From positions 10,978 to 74,977 of the forward strand of contig SVJA01000004.1 of assembly GCA_015069195.1 (NCBI GenBank): a stretch of 64,000 nt of DNA, read 5' to 3'. Below the pieces are notes generated by a model. That model was not told the DNA's origin and made no database searches. It was given only the letters and a program-made list of their open reading frames with translations. Each line of letters begins with the position of its first letter. Position 1 is the stretch's first letter. The DNA comes from Oscillospiraceae bacterium (GTDB lineage Bacteria; Bacillota; Clostridia; UBA1212). The position numbers were made by a program, and so were the translations under genes. This document shows positions 48,902-58,520 of the stretch, piece after piece.

Positions 48902-48932
48902 AAAAAAGCGACACTTGTACAGTGCCGCTTTT
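48902..48932 (-). terminator. Terminator after the 48933..49430 gene (minus strand)
   Basis: Minus-strand sense AAAGCGGCACtgtacaaGTGTCGCTTTTTTT. Confidence 0.6.
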
Positions 48933-49430
48933 TCATTTCTTAAAAGGTTTTTCTTCATACCAAGCAGGTTTTCGGTATTCATCCCACTCAAGTGTAACGG
49001 AATCAAAAGAAAACTGTACTTGAAACCAAGGCTCGTTTCCGTTGCCTTCGAAATACGGAGTTCCGTTTTCAAGTGTTCCAAATTCGAAAACAGTTACACC
49101 AACACGAAGTTCATTTAATAATTTTTCTTCTGCTGTTTGCCCTTCGAAAATAACCTGTGGTTCATCGGTGTAGAGTTTTCCGTTTGCATCTTGTTTCCAT
49201 GCTCTGCCGGGTTCGAAACATTTTACTTTGAAATCTGTAAAAGTGATTTGTGTAAGTTCAATTTCCATATCCGTAGGATAATGATTTTGCTCGGTATTCT
49301 TGTGAATATTCAAGTATTCTACAGAAATATTTAATATATTGTTCTCAAAACTTTCGAACTTAAAATAAGCATCGTGAAATTCAAAATCCGAAAAGATATT
49401 CTTAGATAAGTATTTCATCACTTTCTCCAA
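48933..49430 (-). CDS. Hypothetical protein (165 aa), co-transcribed with the UDP-sugar genes
   Basis: Start overlaps the epimerase gene 3' end by 12 nt. No domain recognised. Confidence 0.6.
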   Translation of the reverse strand: MEKVMKYLSKNIFSDFEFHDAYFKFESFENNILNISVEYLNIHKNTEQNHYPTDMEIELTQITFTDFKVKCFEPGRAWKQDANGKLYTDEPQVIFEGQTAEEKLLNELRVGVTVFEFGTLENGTPYFEGNGNEPWFQVQFSFDSVTLEWDEYRKPAWYEEKPFKK

Positions 49431-50554
49431 ACCATCTTGTTTACGATGCCTGTGTAGCTCTGAATGATTTTGACAACTTTTGTGCTGACATTTTCGTCGA
49501 CGTAGTTCGGAACGGGGAGTCCGAGGTCGCCGTTTTCAAACATTGCAACGGCTGTGTCAACTGCCTGTAGAACATGTTCTGTGCCGATTCCGCCGAGGAT
49601 AAAGTTTCCTTTGTCGATTGCTTCGGGGCGCTCGGTGCTTGTTCTTATACAAACTGCCGGGAATGAGTTGAAGTACGAAGCCTCTTCGGGAAGAGTACCG
49701 CTGTCAGAAACTACGCAGAAAGCGTTGAGCTGCAGGTGGTTGTAGTCCGAGAAACCGAACGGTTTGAGGCTTCTTACGAGCGGGTCGAAAACGAAACCGC
49801 GTTGCTCTATAAATTTAGCACTTCTCGGGTGCGTGCTGTAAATGACAGGCATATTGTATTTCTGCGCCATTGCATTCACTGCGTTCATCAAATCAAAGAA
49901 GTTCTTTTCGTTGTCGATGTTTTCCTCTCTGTGTGCTGACAGGAGGATATATTTGCGAGGCTCAAGGCCAAGTCTGTCAAGAACATCGCTTGCTTCGATT
50001 TTAGCGCGGTTTGCGGAAAGTACTTCTGCCATAGGAGAGCCTGTTACGTAAGTTCTTTCCTTTGCAACGCCTTCGTGATTTAAGTATCTTCTGGCATGTT
50101 CACTGTAGCAAAGATTCACATCGGCAATGTGGTCAACAATTCTGCGGTTCGTCTCCTCGGGGAGATTTTCGTCAAAGCATCTGTTACCGGCTTCCATATG
50201 GAAAATCGGGATTTTGAGTCTCTTTGCAGGGATAGCTGAAAGCGCGGAGTTTGTGTCGCCGAGAATGAGTACGGCGTCAGGTTTAACCTCTGCCATAAGT
50301 TCGTAGCTTTTTGCTATGATGTTTCCGATAGTGGCACCAAGATTGTCGCCTACTGCATCAAGGTAGTAGTCCGGCTCACGAAGTCCTAAATCTTCAAAGA
50401 AAATCTGATTAAGTGTGTAGTCCCAATTCTGTCCCGTGTGAACGAGTATCTGGTCAAAATATTTGTCGCATTTTTTTATAACTTCGGAAAGTCTGATGAT
50501 TTCAGGCCTTGTGCCGATGATTGTCATAAGTTTAAGTTTCTTTGCATCGCTCAT
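49418..50554 (-). CDS. UDP-N-acetylglucosamine 2-epimerase (WecB / FnlC-CapG type)
   Basis: Start MSDAKKLKLMTIIGTRPEIIRLS with RBS GGAGG (6-nt spacing). Epimerase_2 family. HTGQ, DSG and similar blocks. Confidence 0.85.
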   Translation of the reverse strand: MSDAKKLKLMTIIGTRPEIIRLSEVIKKCDKYFDQILVHTGQNWDYTLNQIFFEDLGLREPDYYLDAVGDNLGATIGNIIAKSYELMAEVKPDAVLILGDTNSALSAIPAKRLKIPIFHMEAGNRCFDENLPEETNRRIVDHIADVNLCYSEHARRYLNHEGVAKERTYVTGSPMAEVLSANRAKIEASDVLDRLGLEPRKYILLSAHREENIDNEKNFFDLMNAVNAMAQKYNMPVIYSTHPRSAKFIEQRGFVFDPLVRSLKPFGFSDYNHLQLNAFCVVSDSGTLPEEASYFNSFPAVCIRTSTERPEAIDKGNFILGGIGTEHVLQAVDTAVAMFENGDLGLPVPNYVDENVSTKVVKIIQSYTGIVNKMVWRK

Positions 50555-50555
50555 A

Positions 50556-51668
50556 TTAAACCTCCAAAAAGTAAGTGTCGGGATTTGCGGGATCGAAAGG
50601 CTCATTTGCCCACATAAATGTTACCATATCGGTATCGCCCAAGTTTTCTATGTTGTGAGTGTATCCGGGCGGAATGTCAACTACTTCTAATTTTTCATCT
50701 GATACGAAGTATTCTATAATCTCTCCGCCGTTTATATCTCTGAATCTGATAACACCGTTGCCTTTTACAACGAGGAACTTTTCGTTCTTTGTGTGATGCC
50801 AGTGGTTGCCCTTTATGATGCCGGGCTTTGAAATATTGACTGAGAACTGGCCTTGGCCGACCGTCCTTATAATCTCGGTGAATGAACCTCTGTTATCGAC
50901 ATTCATTTTGAGGTTGTACGAAAAATCGTCTGTCGGAAGTGCGCTTAGGTAAGTAGAGTAGAGTTTCTTCTCAAAAGCATCATTCATATCGGGAACGGAA
51001 AGTGTTTTGCGGCTCTCTTTGAATTTGTACAAAAGGTCTGTAATGTGACCGAGTGTCGCTTTGTGAAAAATAGGTACTCTGCAGTAACCGTCAGCTTCTG
51101 TGTTTGCATTGCCTGCGAGAGCTGCCTTAAGTTCGCATACCACATCGTCAATATAAACGAGTGTGAGTTCTATTTTCGGGTCTGTGACGGTAATCGGCAA
51201 ATCTCTTGAAATGTTGTGGCAGAACGTCGCAACTGCGCTGTTGTAATTAGGTCTGCACCATTTACCGAAAACATTCGGAAGTCTGTATACATAAACTTTT
51301 GCACCGGTCTCTTTGCCGTAATTCAGAAGGAGATTTTCGCCTTCTTTTTTGCTTTTGCCGTAAGGGTTGTCAAGCTCTGCCTGAGTAGAGGAAGTCATGA
51401 GAATAGGACAAGTGTTTCCGCTCTTTTTAAGATAATCGAGCAGAGTGCTTGTGAAACCGAAATTGCCTTTCAAAAATTCTGCCGGATCTTTCGGTCTGTT
51501 TACCCCGGCAAGGTGAAATACAAAATCACAGTCTTGCGTGAATCTTGCAAGTTCTGTCTCGTCCGTATCAATGTCGTACGAATATATTTCAATCTCTTTA
51601 TTTTGGCTAAGCTCTGCAACAAGATTTTTACCTACAAAACCTTTTGCACCTGTTATGAGAACTTTCAT
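50556..51668 (-). CDS. CapF/FnlB-like bifunctional protein: N-terminal NAD-dependent SDR epimerase/reductase plus C-terminal cupin
   Basis: MKVLITGAKGFVGKNL Rossmann motif, YGKSK catalytic dyad, C-terminal cupin region ...GNHWHHTKNEKFLVVKGNG. Confidence 0.8.
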   Translation of the reverse strand: MKVLITGAKGFVGKNLVAELSQNKEIEIYSYDIDTDETELARFTQDCDFVFHLAGVNRPKDPAEFLKGNFGFTSTLLDYLKKSGNTCPILMTSSTQAELDNPYGKSKKEGENLLLNYGKETGAKVYVYRLPNVFGKWCRPNYNSAVATFCHNISRDLPITVTDPKIELTLVYIDDVVCELKAALAGNANTEADGYCRVPIFHKATLGHITDLLYKFKESRKTLSVPDMNDAFEKKLYSTYLSALPTDDFSYNLKMNVDNRGSFTEIIRTVGQGQFSVNISKPGIIKGNHWHHTKNEKFLVVKGNGVIRFRDINGGEIIEYFVSDEKLEVVDIPPGYTHNIENLGDTDMVTFMWANEPFDPANPDTYFLEV

Positions 51669-51740
51669 ACTGCGCCTCCGTTAATATAACTGGTTTTATG
51701 ATATACCAAAAAGTGTTTTCTTTCAATAAATTATCGCACA

Positions 51741-52544
51741 TCAGGCGTTTTCGAGAATGAATTTTTCTATTACAAACGCGACTCCGTCATTTGCATTTGT
51801 TTCAGTTACAAAATCTGCGAGACTTTTTACATCGTCGGGTGCATTGCCCATAGCGACACCGAGGCCTGCCAGCTTTATCATTTCAACATCGTTGTAACCG
51901 TCGCCGATACAGATAATCTCTTCATTTTTTATACCGTAGTCTGCTGCAATGGCTTCTACCGCCGTAGCTTTTGATACAGTCGGGTCAAAGAATTCCAGAA
52001 ACTCGGGAGCCGTTCTGACACATGAAGATGTATTTCCGAAGAATGATTTCATTTCACTTAAATATGCGGTGATTTTCTCAGGCTCATCATACCAGACGAT
52101 TTTTGTGATGCCTGCATCTAATACAGGTGTCATATCGCTCAGAATCTCAGCTCGTCCGCGTGAATATCCCTCGTATATGCGCACATTGTCGTTATAGACA
52201 TTTGCGTAGAGTTTGCCGTTTGACCAGATGCAAAGAGTTGTGTTTCTCTTTAAGCCTTCCGAAATAACTTTTTCTGCAACATCTCTTTCAAATGCCTGTT
52301 TGAAAAGTAAATTGCCTTCGGGGAATTTTACAATCTCCGCACCGTTGCAAAGAATAACGGGGCTCTCAAGCGCGACAATTTCATCATAAATGTCAACGCC
52401 TGCAACGGCGCGACCTGTGGAAACCACCGTCAGTACGCCTTTTTCTTTTGCTTTCATAAGCGCGTCAAAGTTCCTTTTTGTAATGATTTTTTCGTGTGTT
52501 AAAAGTGTGCCGTCCATATCAACGGCGAGCATTTTGTATTTCAT
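51741..52544 (-). CDS. HAD-superfamily Cof-type hydrolase (sugar phosphatase)
   Basis: Start MKYKMLAVDMDGTLL (DxD motif I), motif IV GDGYNDVEMI. The upstream part of the track ORF has no coding signal. Confidence 0.8.
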   Translation of the reverse strand: MKYKMLAVDMDGTLLTHEKIITKRNFDALMKAKEKGVLTVVSTGRAVAGVDIYDEIVALESPVILCNGAEIVKFPEGNLLFKQAFERDVAEKVISEGLKRNTTLCIWSNGKLYANVYNDNVRIYEGYSRGRAEILSDMTPVLDAGITKIVWYDEPEKITAYLSEMKSFFGNTSSCVRTAPEFLEFFDPTVSKATAVEAIAADYGIKNEEIICIGDGYNDVEMIKLAGLGVAMGNAPDDVKSLADFVTETNANDGVAFVIEKFILENA

Positions 52545-52597
52545 AAAACTGCATATCCTCTGCTGTGATAAACTTACTTTAAAATAATACCACAAAA

Positions 52598-52661
52598 GGC
52601 TACCTGTGCAACAGTTAAAATCGACCCGATATCCGATTTTTGAACTGTCGCACAGGTAGCC
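52598..52661. repeat. Long hairpin (~27-bp arms, 2 mismatches) preceding RNA copy B
   Basis: GGCTACCTGTGCAACAGTTAAAATCG-acccgatatc-CGATTTTTGAACTGTCGCACAGGTAGCC. Confidence 0.55.
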
Positions 52662-52689
52662 TTTACCAAGAATGTCATTCAAAATGTAT

Positions 52690-52718
52690 TTGACAGCAAA
52701 ATAACATCAAAGTTATAT
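52690..52718 (+). promoter_or_regulatory. Promoter TTGACA-17-TTATAT of RNA copy B
   Basis: Same geometry as copy A. The conserved GGGCAT RNA start lies 9 nt downstream. Confidence 0.5.
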
Positions 52719-52725
52719 ATTTATA

Positions 52726-52824
52726 ATGGGCATGGTCTGAAAGGTTATGCTCCTTGGGTATTTTTTATTTGGGAATGGCTGCGTCTCTTATCTGAGTTGG
52801 AGGGCGCAGTCGTTTTGTTTGATT
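52726..52824 (+). ncRNA. Candidate small RNA, copy B (orphan antitoxin-like)
   Basis: GGGCATGGTCTGAAAGGTTATGCTCCTTGG...GGGAATGGCTGCGTC...GGGCGCAGTCGTTTTGTTTGATTT; about 80% identity to copy A, including the terminator. No intact toxin ORF on the opposite strand. Confidence 0.5.
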
Positions 52825-53054
52825 TATGTAAAGGCTGACTCGCAAGAAAATAATGCCATAAGCGTTTCTGTTTGTAAATGATGTCAAATATTTCCCGAGA
52901 AATATTCCGAAAGCAGTATATAAGATTAAACATAAATATACACTTGAATAACAGGCACATTTAGTATAAAATAACAAAAGTAATACATTATGTAGTTTTT
53001 TTTTACAGTAAGATAAGGGTTAGTTATAACATAAGTTACGAAGGAAAGAGTAAA

Positions 53055-54191
53055 ATGGGTAGTATTGATTTTTTGATATGTGCAGATATGCACCTTGATT
53101 CCACGTTTGCGCTTGATAATGATTTGCGCAGAGAAGAACAAAAATTCACTTTTGAAAAAATTATAGATACTGTTTATGAAAACGGCGCGGAACTTTTATT
53201 GATTCCGGGCGACCTTTTTGATGTCAGAAATCCTGCACAGGAGACAGTAGATTTTGTAATTCGTCAGTTTAAAAGAATTCCCGACACAGATATATTGATC
53301 GCTCCGGGTAATCATGATCCGTATACGACCGACTCACCGTATTTTTATGCGGAATGGCCGGAGAATGTTTATATATTCAAAGCGGACAAGATGCGTTGCT
53401 TTGAAATATCTCTTCGTGATACCTGTGAGAAAAAGCTTCGTATATACGGAATAGGAAATGCGGGACATTTCACGAGAAAGACATTGCTTCGTGATGCGAA
53501 TGATACACTTCCTGTTCTTGATCATGACTATACAAATATATTGCTTATGCACGGCGATGCAGAAGTTTCAAAGTCTGTTTATAACCCCATTCATACACAG
53601 GACTTGAAGGAATGTGAGTTTGATTTGTGTGCTCTCGGTCACAGACACCGCTTTGAAAAGTCACCCTTTTATGTTTATTCAGGGGTACCTTACCCAAGAG
53701 GATTTGACGAGTGGGGCGACTGCGGCGTTGTTGAAGGTACTATAAGTGACGGCGGAACCATTATCAGTTGGTTCGAATCTATAGAGGGAAGACGCTACAT
53801 TGATACTGAAATAAATATAGAAGAACTTGATGATTGTACTCCCGAGGATATTTGCATCGAGATACTTAAAAAGATAACTCCCGGAAAAAATTTTTATAAA
53901 GTCAGAATAGAGGGCAGAATCGCAGAGGGCAAAAAAATAAATTGCAGTGCGATAGAGATGCGACTTGAAAAGGATTTTCCCGGAATAAAAATAGAGGATA
54001 ATACTTCGCCGATGACTGATTACAATCTTATTTCAAGAGAAAATTCACTCAGAGGAATTTTCATAAGAAAATTGCTTTCAATGCAGCGCGGAGCGAGCAT
54101 GGAAAAAGTTGTAGACAAGCAGGCTGTTGCAGATGCGATGAACCTCGGTATGAAAGCTTTTGACGGAACGCTTACGGCGTCGGATGACTAA
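53055..54191 (+). CDS. SbcD-like DNA repair exonuclease (YhaO-type metallophosphoesterase)
   Basis: ICADMHLD, PGDLFD, GNHDP motifs. Confidence 0.8.
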   Translation: MGSIDFLICADMHLDSTFALDNDLRREEQKFTFEKIIDTVYENGAELLLIPGDLFDVRNPAQETVDFVIRQFKRIPDTDILIAPGNHDPYTTDSPYFYAEWPENVYIFKADKMRCFEISLRDTCEKKLRIYGIGNAGHFTRKTLLRDANDTLPVLDHDYTNILLMHGDAEVSKSVYNPIHTQDLKECEFDLCALGHRHRFEKSPFYVYSGVPYPRGFDEWGDCGVVEGTISDGGTIISWFESIEGRRYIDTEINIEELDDCTPEDICIEILKKITPGKNFYKVRIEGRIAEGKKINCSAIEMRLEKDFPGIKIEDNTSPMTDYNLISRENSLRGIFIRKLLSMQRGASMEKVVDKQAVADAMNLGMKAFDGTLTASDD

Positions 54192-54208
54192 TTCGGAGGA
54201 GTGAATTT

Positions 54209-56095
54209 ATGATTATACGAAAAGTTAAAATTTACGGCTTCGGCAGACACAAAGACAAAGAGTGGTCATTTGAGGACGGTCTTAATGTTATTTACGGAGA
54301 GAACGAAACAGGAAAGTCTACGATATTTGCATTCATTCGCTCTATGCTTTACGGTCTTACCGGAAGAGGTACAGAGAATTTCAGAAAAAAATATATTCCC
54401 TGGAACTACACAAAAGGTACAGACCGTTTCGGCGGCGAGCTTGAATTTGTTCACAAGGACATTGAATACAGAGCCATCAGTTTATGGGGCGATTCAAAAC
54501 GCGAGGACAAAGTAAGTTTGTTCAACAACACAACAGGTGCTGAGATAAGAATTCCCGACGGCAGAACTATCGGCGAACACATATTGCAGCTTACGGCAGG
54601 CGCCTATGATTCATCCATTTATATAGGTCAGATGGGTTCCGTGATAAATGCTTCAGATGATAAGGATGGCATACTTGTTTCAAGACTTTCTGCAGTATCA
54701 GGTCTCGGTGAGAGTGAAGCTTCCGCTGTAAAAGTTATCGGTCGGATAAAAGAATGTATGGATAAAATACGTTCCCCCAGAGGTAATGCCGGAATACTTG
54801 ACAAACTCTATTTCCGGAAGACTCAATGTGAAAACGATATGAACCGTCTGGAACTTACTGACGGAAATGCTTCTGAATCAAGTCTGAAACTTAACGAACT
54901 TATGGCAGAACGCGAAAATATTTCCGAGGAAATAAAGGGACTCAAAGGAAAAATTCGCATCATAAAGGCCATAAAAATAATAAACAAAAAGAACAAGATT
55001 ATAGAACTTTTCGAAGCGCTCGATGAGCTTAATGAGAAAGCAGAGTACTACAAAAAGAAAATAAAAGACCTTTCTTCCTATTCGACTGATTCCGAGACTT
55101 CTGCTAAAAAGAATATATCCGGAATTGTGGCTGTTGTGCTTGCGGTATTGTTTGTTGTAGCAGGATTTTTGCTTTTTGGAAAACTCAGAACGGTTGCAAT
55201 TATACTTTTTGCAGTTGCATTGATATCGGTTGCACTTGCCGTTGTTTCGTTTGTCGGCAAATCAAAGAGCAAACAGAGTGCACAGGAAAAGCGAAACCAT
55301 GAAAAAGCCGATGTGATACAGAAGCTCGATGAAACCGAGGCTTTGATTGCAGAAAAAGAAAGTGTTCTCGACGATAAAATGGAAGGATATACTTTTGAAC
55401 AATTGGAAGAACGCTGGAAGAAAGCAAAGGAAATAATTGATGTCGCAGGTTCTCGTGTATGTACGTCACTTGCTCTCGAATCTGCTGAAAAACATACTGC
55501 AACGGTTGAAGAGTTGTCTGAAAAGTTGAATTCATACGATTCTGAAATCGGTTATCTCAAAGCTACAATCGACAACATGTACAAAAACGAGAGAATGTCT
55601 TTCTCCGAAGCTTCTGCAAAATATTACGATATCTGTGCAAAGATAGATTATTACGAGAGAAAGTACGACGGTTTGAAACTTGCAAAGGAAGTTGCCGAGG
55701 AGAGTTTTGAAGAACTCAGAACAACATTTGGTCCTGTGCTCAGCAATGAGACCGAAAACATTCTTTCAAAGATTGTCGGAACAAAAGGTAATGTGAAAAT
55801 CGGTGATGATTTCAATATTTCGGTATTCGACGAAGATATGCCGAGAAATATTTCATCGTACAGCGGTGCAGCGGTAGATCAGACATACTTTGCACTTCGC
55901 CTTGCAATAGCCGGCGTTATAGCTCCGAAGGGACAGCCTTATCCGTTGTTGCTCGATGACCCGTTTGCTCAGTATGATGATGACCGTCTTGCTAAAGCTA
56001 TGGAGTTTTTAAACACATACGAAGGATCGCAGATAATTCTTGCGACTTGTCAGAAACGTGGTGCTGACATGGGCAAATCATTTTACAAATTATAA
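54209..56095 (+). CDS. SbcC/Rad50-like AAA ATPase (YhaN-type) with central predicted TM hairpin
   Basis: Walker A GENETGKST. Coiled-coil arms. Central hydrophobic pair IVAVVLAVLFVVAGFLLF / VAIILFAVALISVALAVVSFV. C-terminal D-loop LLLDDPFAQYDDDR. Confidence 0.8.
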   Translation: MIIRKVKIYGFGRHKDKEWSFEDGLNVIYGENETGKSTIFAFIRSMLYGLTGRGTENFRKKYIPWNYTKGTDRFGGELEFVHKDIEYRAISLWGDSKREDKVSLFNNTTGAEIRIPDGRTIGEHILQLTAGAYDSSIYIGQMGSVINASDDKDGILVSRLSAVSGLGESEASAVKVIGRIKECMDKIRSPRGNAGILDKLYFRKTQCENDMNRLELTDGNASESSLKLNELMAERENISEEIKGLKGKIRIIKAIKIINKKNKIIELFEALDELNEKAEYYKKKIKDLSSYSTDSETSAKKNISGIVAVVLAVLFVVAGFLLFGKLRTVAIILFAVALISVALAVVSFVGKSKSKQSAQEKRNHEKADVIQKLDETEALIAEKESVLDDKMEGYTFEQLEERWKKAKEIIDVAGSRVCTSLALESAEKHTATVEELSEKLNSYDSEIGYLKATIDNMYKNERMSFSEASAKYYDICAKIDYYERKYDGLKLAKEVAEESFEELRTTFGPVLSNETENILSKIVGTKGNVKIGDDFNISVFDEDMPRNISSYSGAAVDQTYFALRLAIAGVIAPKGQPYPLLLDDPFAQYDDDRLAKAMEFLNTYEGSQIILATCQKRGADMGKSFYKL

Positions 56096-56206
56096 TTAAG
56101 CTAATTCATAGGAAACATTATTCTCCTTTCTAAAAATGCAAGAACCCGACGCAATGATAAAACATACATTGCGTCGGGTTCTTGCATTAAATCATTTTAC
56201 GATTAA

Positions 56207-57040
56207 TTATATTTTATATTCTCCGGTGCAAACTCTTACTGCCGGACCTTCCATAATGACATGGTTGTCGTCTCGCCAAGTGATTTTGAGATCGCCGCCG
56301 TTGAGCTTTACGGTGACTTGTCTTTCGCAGAGACCGTTGAGAATGCCTGCAACAGCAACCGCGCTTGCTCCTGTTCCGCATGCCATTGTTTCTGCTGAAC
56401 CGCGCTCCCATACTCTCATACGAAGTGTTTTGCGATCGAGTACGTTTACAAACTCTGTATTTGTGCGTGCAGGGAATATTTCATGGCTTTCGAAGAACGG
56501 TCCGATAGCTTCCAAATCCATATCTTCTACTTTTTCGTCTTGAAATATGATGGCGTGGGGATTGCCCATGGAAACTGCCGTGACATTGTATGTTTCTCCT
56601 TTTACAATCACAGGCTCGTTTATCATTTTATCGCCGTTGAAAATTACCGGAACTTTTTCAGGTGTCAGTATAGGTTCGCCCATATCAACGCTTGCGCCTA
56701 CGCATACACCGTTTTCGATTATGAGATCGAGGTGTTTTACTCCTGCAAGTGTTTCGATATCAACGCTGTCGCCTGTCACATAGCCTTCGTCGTGAAGGAA
56801 TTTGCCGACGCATCTGATGCCGTTGCCGCACATCTCGGCCTGTGAACCGTCTGCGTTGTAAATATTCATTGTGTAGTCTGCAATTTCAGATTTGCCTACG
56901 AGTATAAGGCCGTCTGAACCTACGCCGAAATGTCTGTCACTTATCTTTCTCGACACTTCTGCGGGATTATCTATTTTTTCTTTCATGCAATCAACATATA
57001 TATAGTCATTGCCGAGTCCTTGCATTTTTACGAATCTCAT
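56207..57040 (-). CDS. dapF: Diaminopimelate epimerase
   Basis: GLGNDYIYVD, CGNGIRC, MACGTGASA catalytic Cys motifs. Confidence 0.92.
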   Translation of the reverse strand: MRFVKMQGLGNDYIYVDCMKEKIDNPAEVSRKISDRHFGVGSDGLILVGKSEIADYTMNIYNADGSQAEMCGNGIRCVGKFLHDEGYVTGDSVDIETLAGVKHLDLIIENGVCVGASVDMGEPILTPEKVPVIFNGDKMINEPVIVKGETYNVTAVSMGNPHAIIFQDEKVEDMDLEAIGPFFESHEIFPARTNTEFVNVLDRKTLRMRVWERGSAETMACGTGASAVAVAGILNGLCERQVTVKLNGGDLKITWRDDNHVIMEGPAVRVCTGEYKI

Positions 57041-57141
57041 TGTGTTTCCTCCTGTAGTTGAACAATGTACGGGCTGATTTTATCATAAGTGCTCAAAAAA
57101 ACATACTATTTTTTTGGTGGGCGTGTTATAATTCAATAGAT

Positions 57142-58134
57142 ATGGAAAAGAATACAGCGTTGATAGAAAAATATATAAAGAAACCTTTTTACATAGGTGA
57201 TGTACGCGCGGACAACAATGTGTTCCTTGCACCGATGGCGGGTGTGTGCGACAGAGCTTTCCGTACAGTTTGCAAAATGCACGGTGCCGGTATGGTTTAT
57301 TCAGAGATGATAAGTGCCAAAGGTGTTCATTACAAAAGCGAGAACAGTATAATACTCGCCGAAACCGATGAACGAGAATTTCCTTGTGCTGTTCAGATTT
57401 TCGGTTCAGAACCTGAAATTATGGCAGAGGCCGCGGTAGTCTTTGAAAAAATGGGAGCACCGCTTATTGATATAAATATGGGTTGCCCGGTGCCGAAGGT
57501 TGCCGGAAACGGTGAGGGCTCTGCACTTATGAAGGATCAGAAGCTTGCCGGAGAGATAGTAAGGGCAGTCAGTGATGCGGTAAAGGTGCCTGTTACGGTA
57601 AAAATGCGCCGAGGATTTAAAATAGGCGATGAAAGTGCTGCAGAACTTGCTCAGATTGTATGTGAAAACGGTGCAAAGGCGGTTACGGTTCACGGAAGAT
57701 ACAGAGAAGAGTATTATTCGGGTGCTTCTAATCGTGATACGATAAAAAAGGTAAAACAGTCAGTCGATGTTCCGGTCATTGCCAGCGGTGATATTTGCTG
57801 TGTGCAGGATGCTTATGAAGTTTTTGAGGAAACCGGTTGCGACGCTATAATGATAGGCAGAGGTGCACTCGGAAATCCGTGGATATTCGAAGATATGTTA
57901 AACGGTTTTGATTCATCGCACAGCGGAGAGGATATACTAAAAGAAGTAGAACTTCACAGTAAACTCGTTATAGGGTTCAAGGGCGAAGACATCGGTGTGC
58001 GCGAACTACGCAAACATATGGCGTGGTATCTCAAGGGACTTCCCGGTAGTGCGGCAGTACGAGACAGACTTTTTAAGGCTGTGAAATATGATGAACTCAT
58101 AGGAGTTTTAAGTGAATATTTATTGAAAAAGTGA
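57142..58134 (+). CDS. dusB: tRNA-dihydrouridine synthase (DusB-like)
   Basis: LAPMAGVCDRAFR, DINMGCP, KMR, GDI motifs. Start MEKNTALI. Confidence 0.85.
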   Translation: MEKNTALIEKYIKKPFYIGDVRADNNVFLAPMAGVCDRAFRTVCKMHGAGMVYSEMISAKGVHYKSENSIILAETDEREFPCAVQIFGSEPEIMAEAAVVFEKMGAPLIDINMGCPVPKVAGNGEGSALMKDQKLAGEIVRAVSDAVKVPVTVKMRRGFKIGDESAAELAQIVCENGAKAVTVHGRYREEYYSGASNRDTIKKVKQSVDVPVIASGDICCVQDAYEVFEETGCDAIMIGRGALGNPWIFEDMLNGFDSSHSGEDILKEVELHSKLVIGFKGEDIGVRELRKHMAWYLKGLPGSAAVRDRLFKAVKYDELIGVLSEYLLKK

Positions 58135-58148
58135 GCGGAGGTATTTTT

Positions 58149-58400
58149 ATGAATTACAAATTCAGAACATCGGGTGTATGTTCAAGTATGATAGAATTCG
58201 ACTTAAATGATGGTATAGTTTCAAATGTAAAATATACGGGCGGCTGCAACGGAAATCTCAAAGGCATTTCTGCAATGGCAGAAGGAATGAAGGCCGAGGA
58301 TGTCATTCAAAGGTTGGAAGGAATCAAATGCGGTTTCAAAAATACTTCATGTCCGGACCAATTTGCAAAGGCTTTGCGCACCGCTTTGGCACAGGAGTGA
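58149..58400 (+). CDS. TSCPD-domain small protein
   Basis: Start MNYKF with RBS GGAGG 8 nt upstream, immediately after the dusB stop. Motif NTSCPDQ. Confidence 0.7.
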   Translation: MNYKFRTSGVCSSMIEFDLNDGIVSNVKYTGGCNGNLKGISAMAEGMKAEDVIQRLEGIKCGFKNTSCPDQFAKALRTALAQE

Positions 58401-58520
58401 CGACACTGTATGTATTGTCAGCAAATTAGTTTAAATGCTTGTCAAATATTGGTTGCCGAATAAAAAATGCGGTGATATAATAAAAAATGATTTAATGAAT
58501 ACATTAAGGAGATTTCATAT

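Noticed and set aside
52745-52977. 70-71-aa minus-strand ORFs spanning sRNA copy B
   Set aside because: No RBS; they overlap the conserved promoter, RNA and terminator unit and are not similar to the copy-A toxin except for one short decayed segment. Judged non-coding or pseudogenic.
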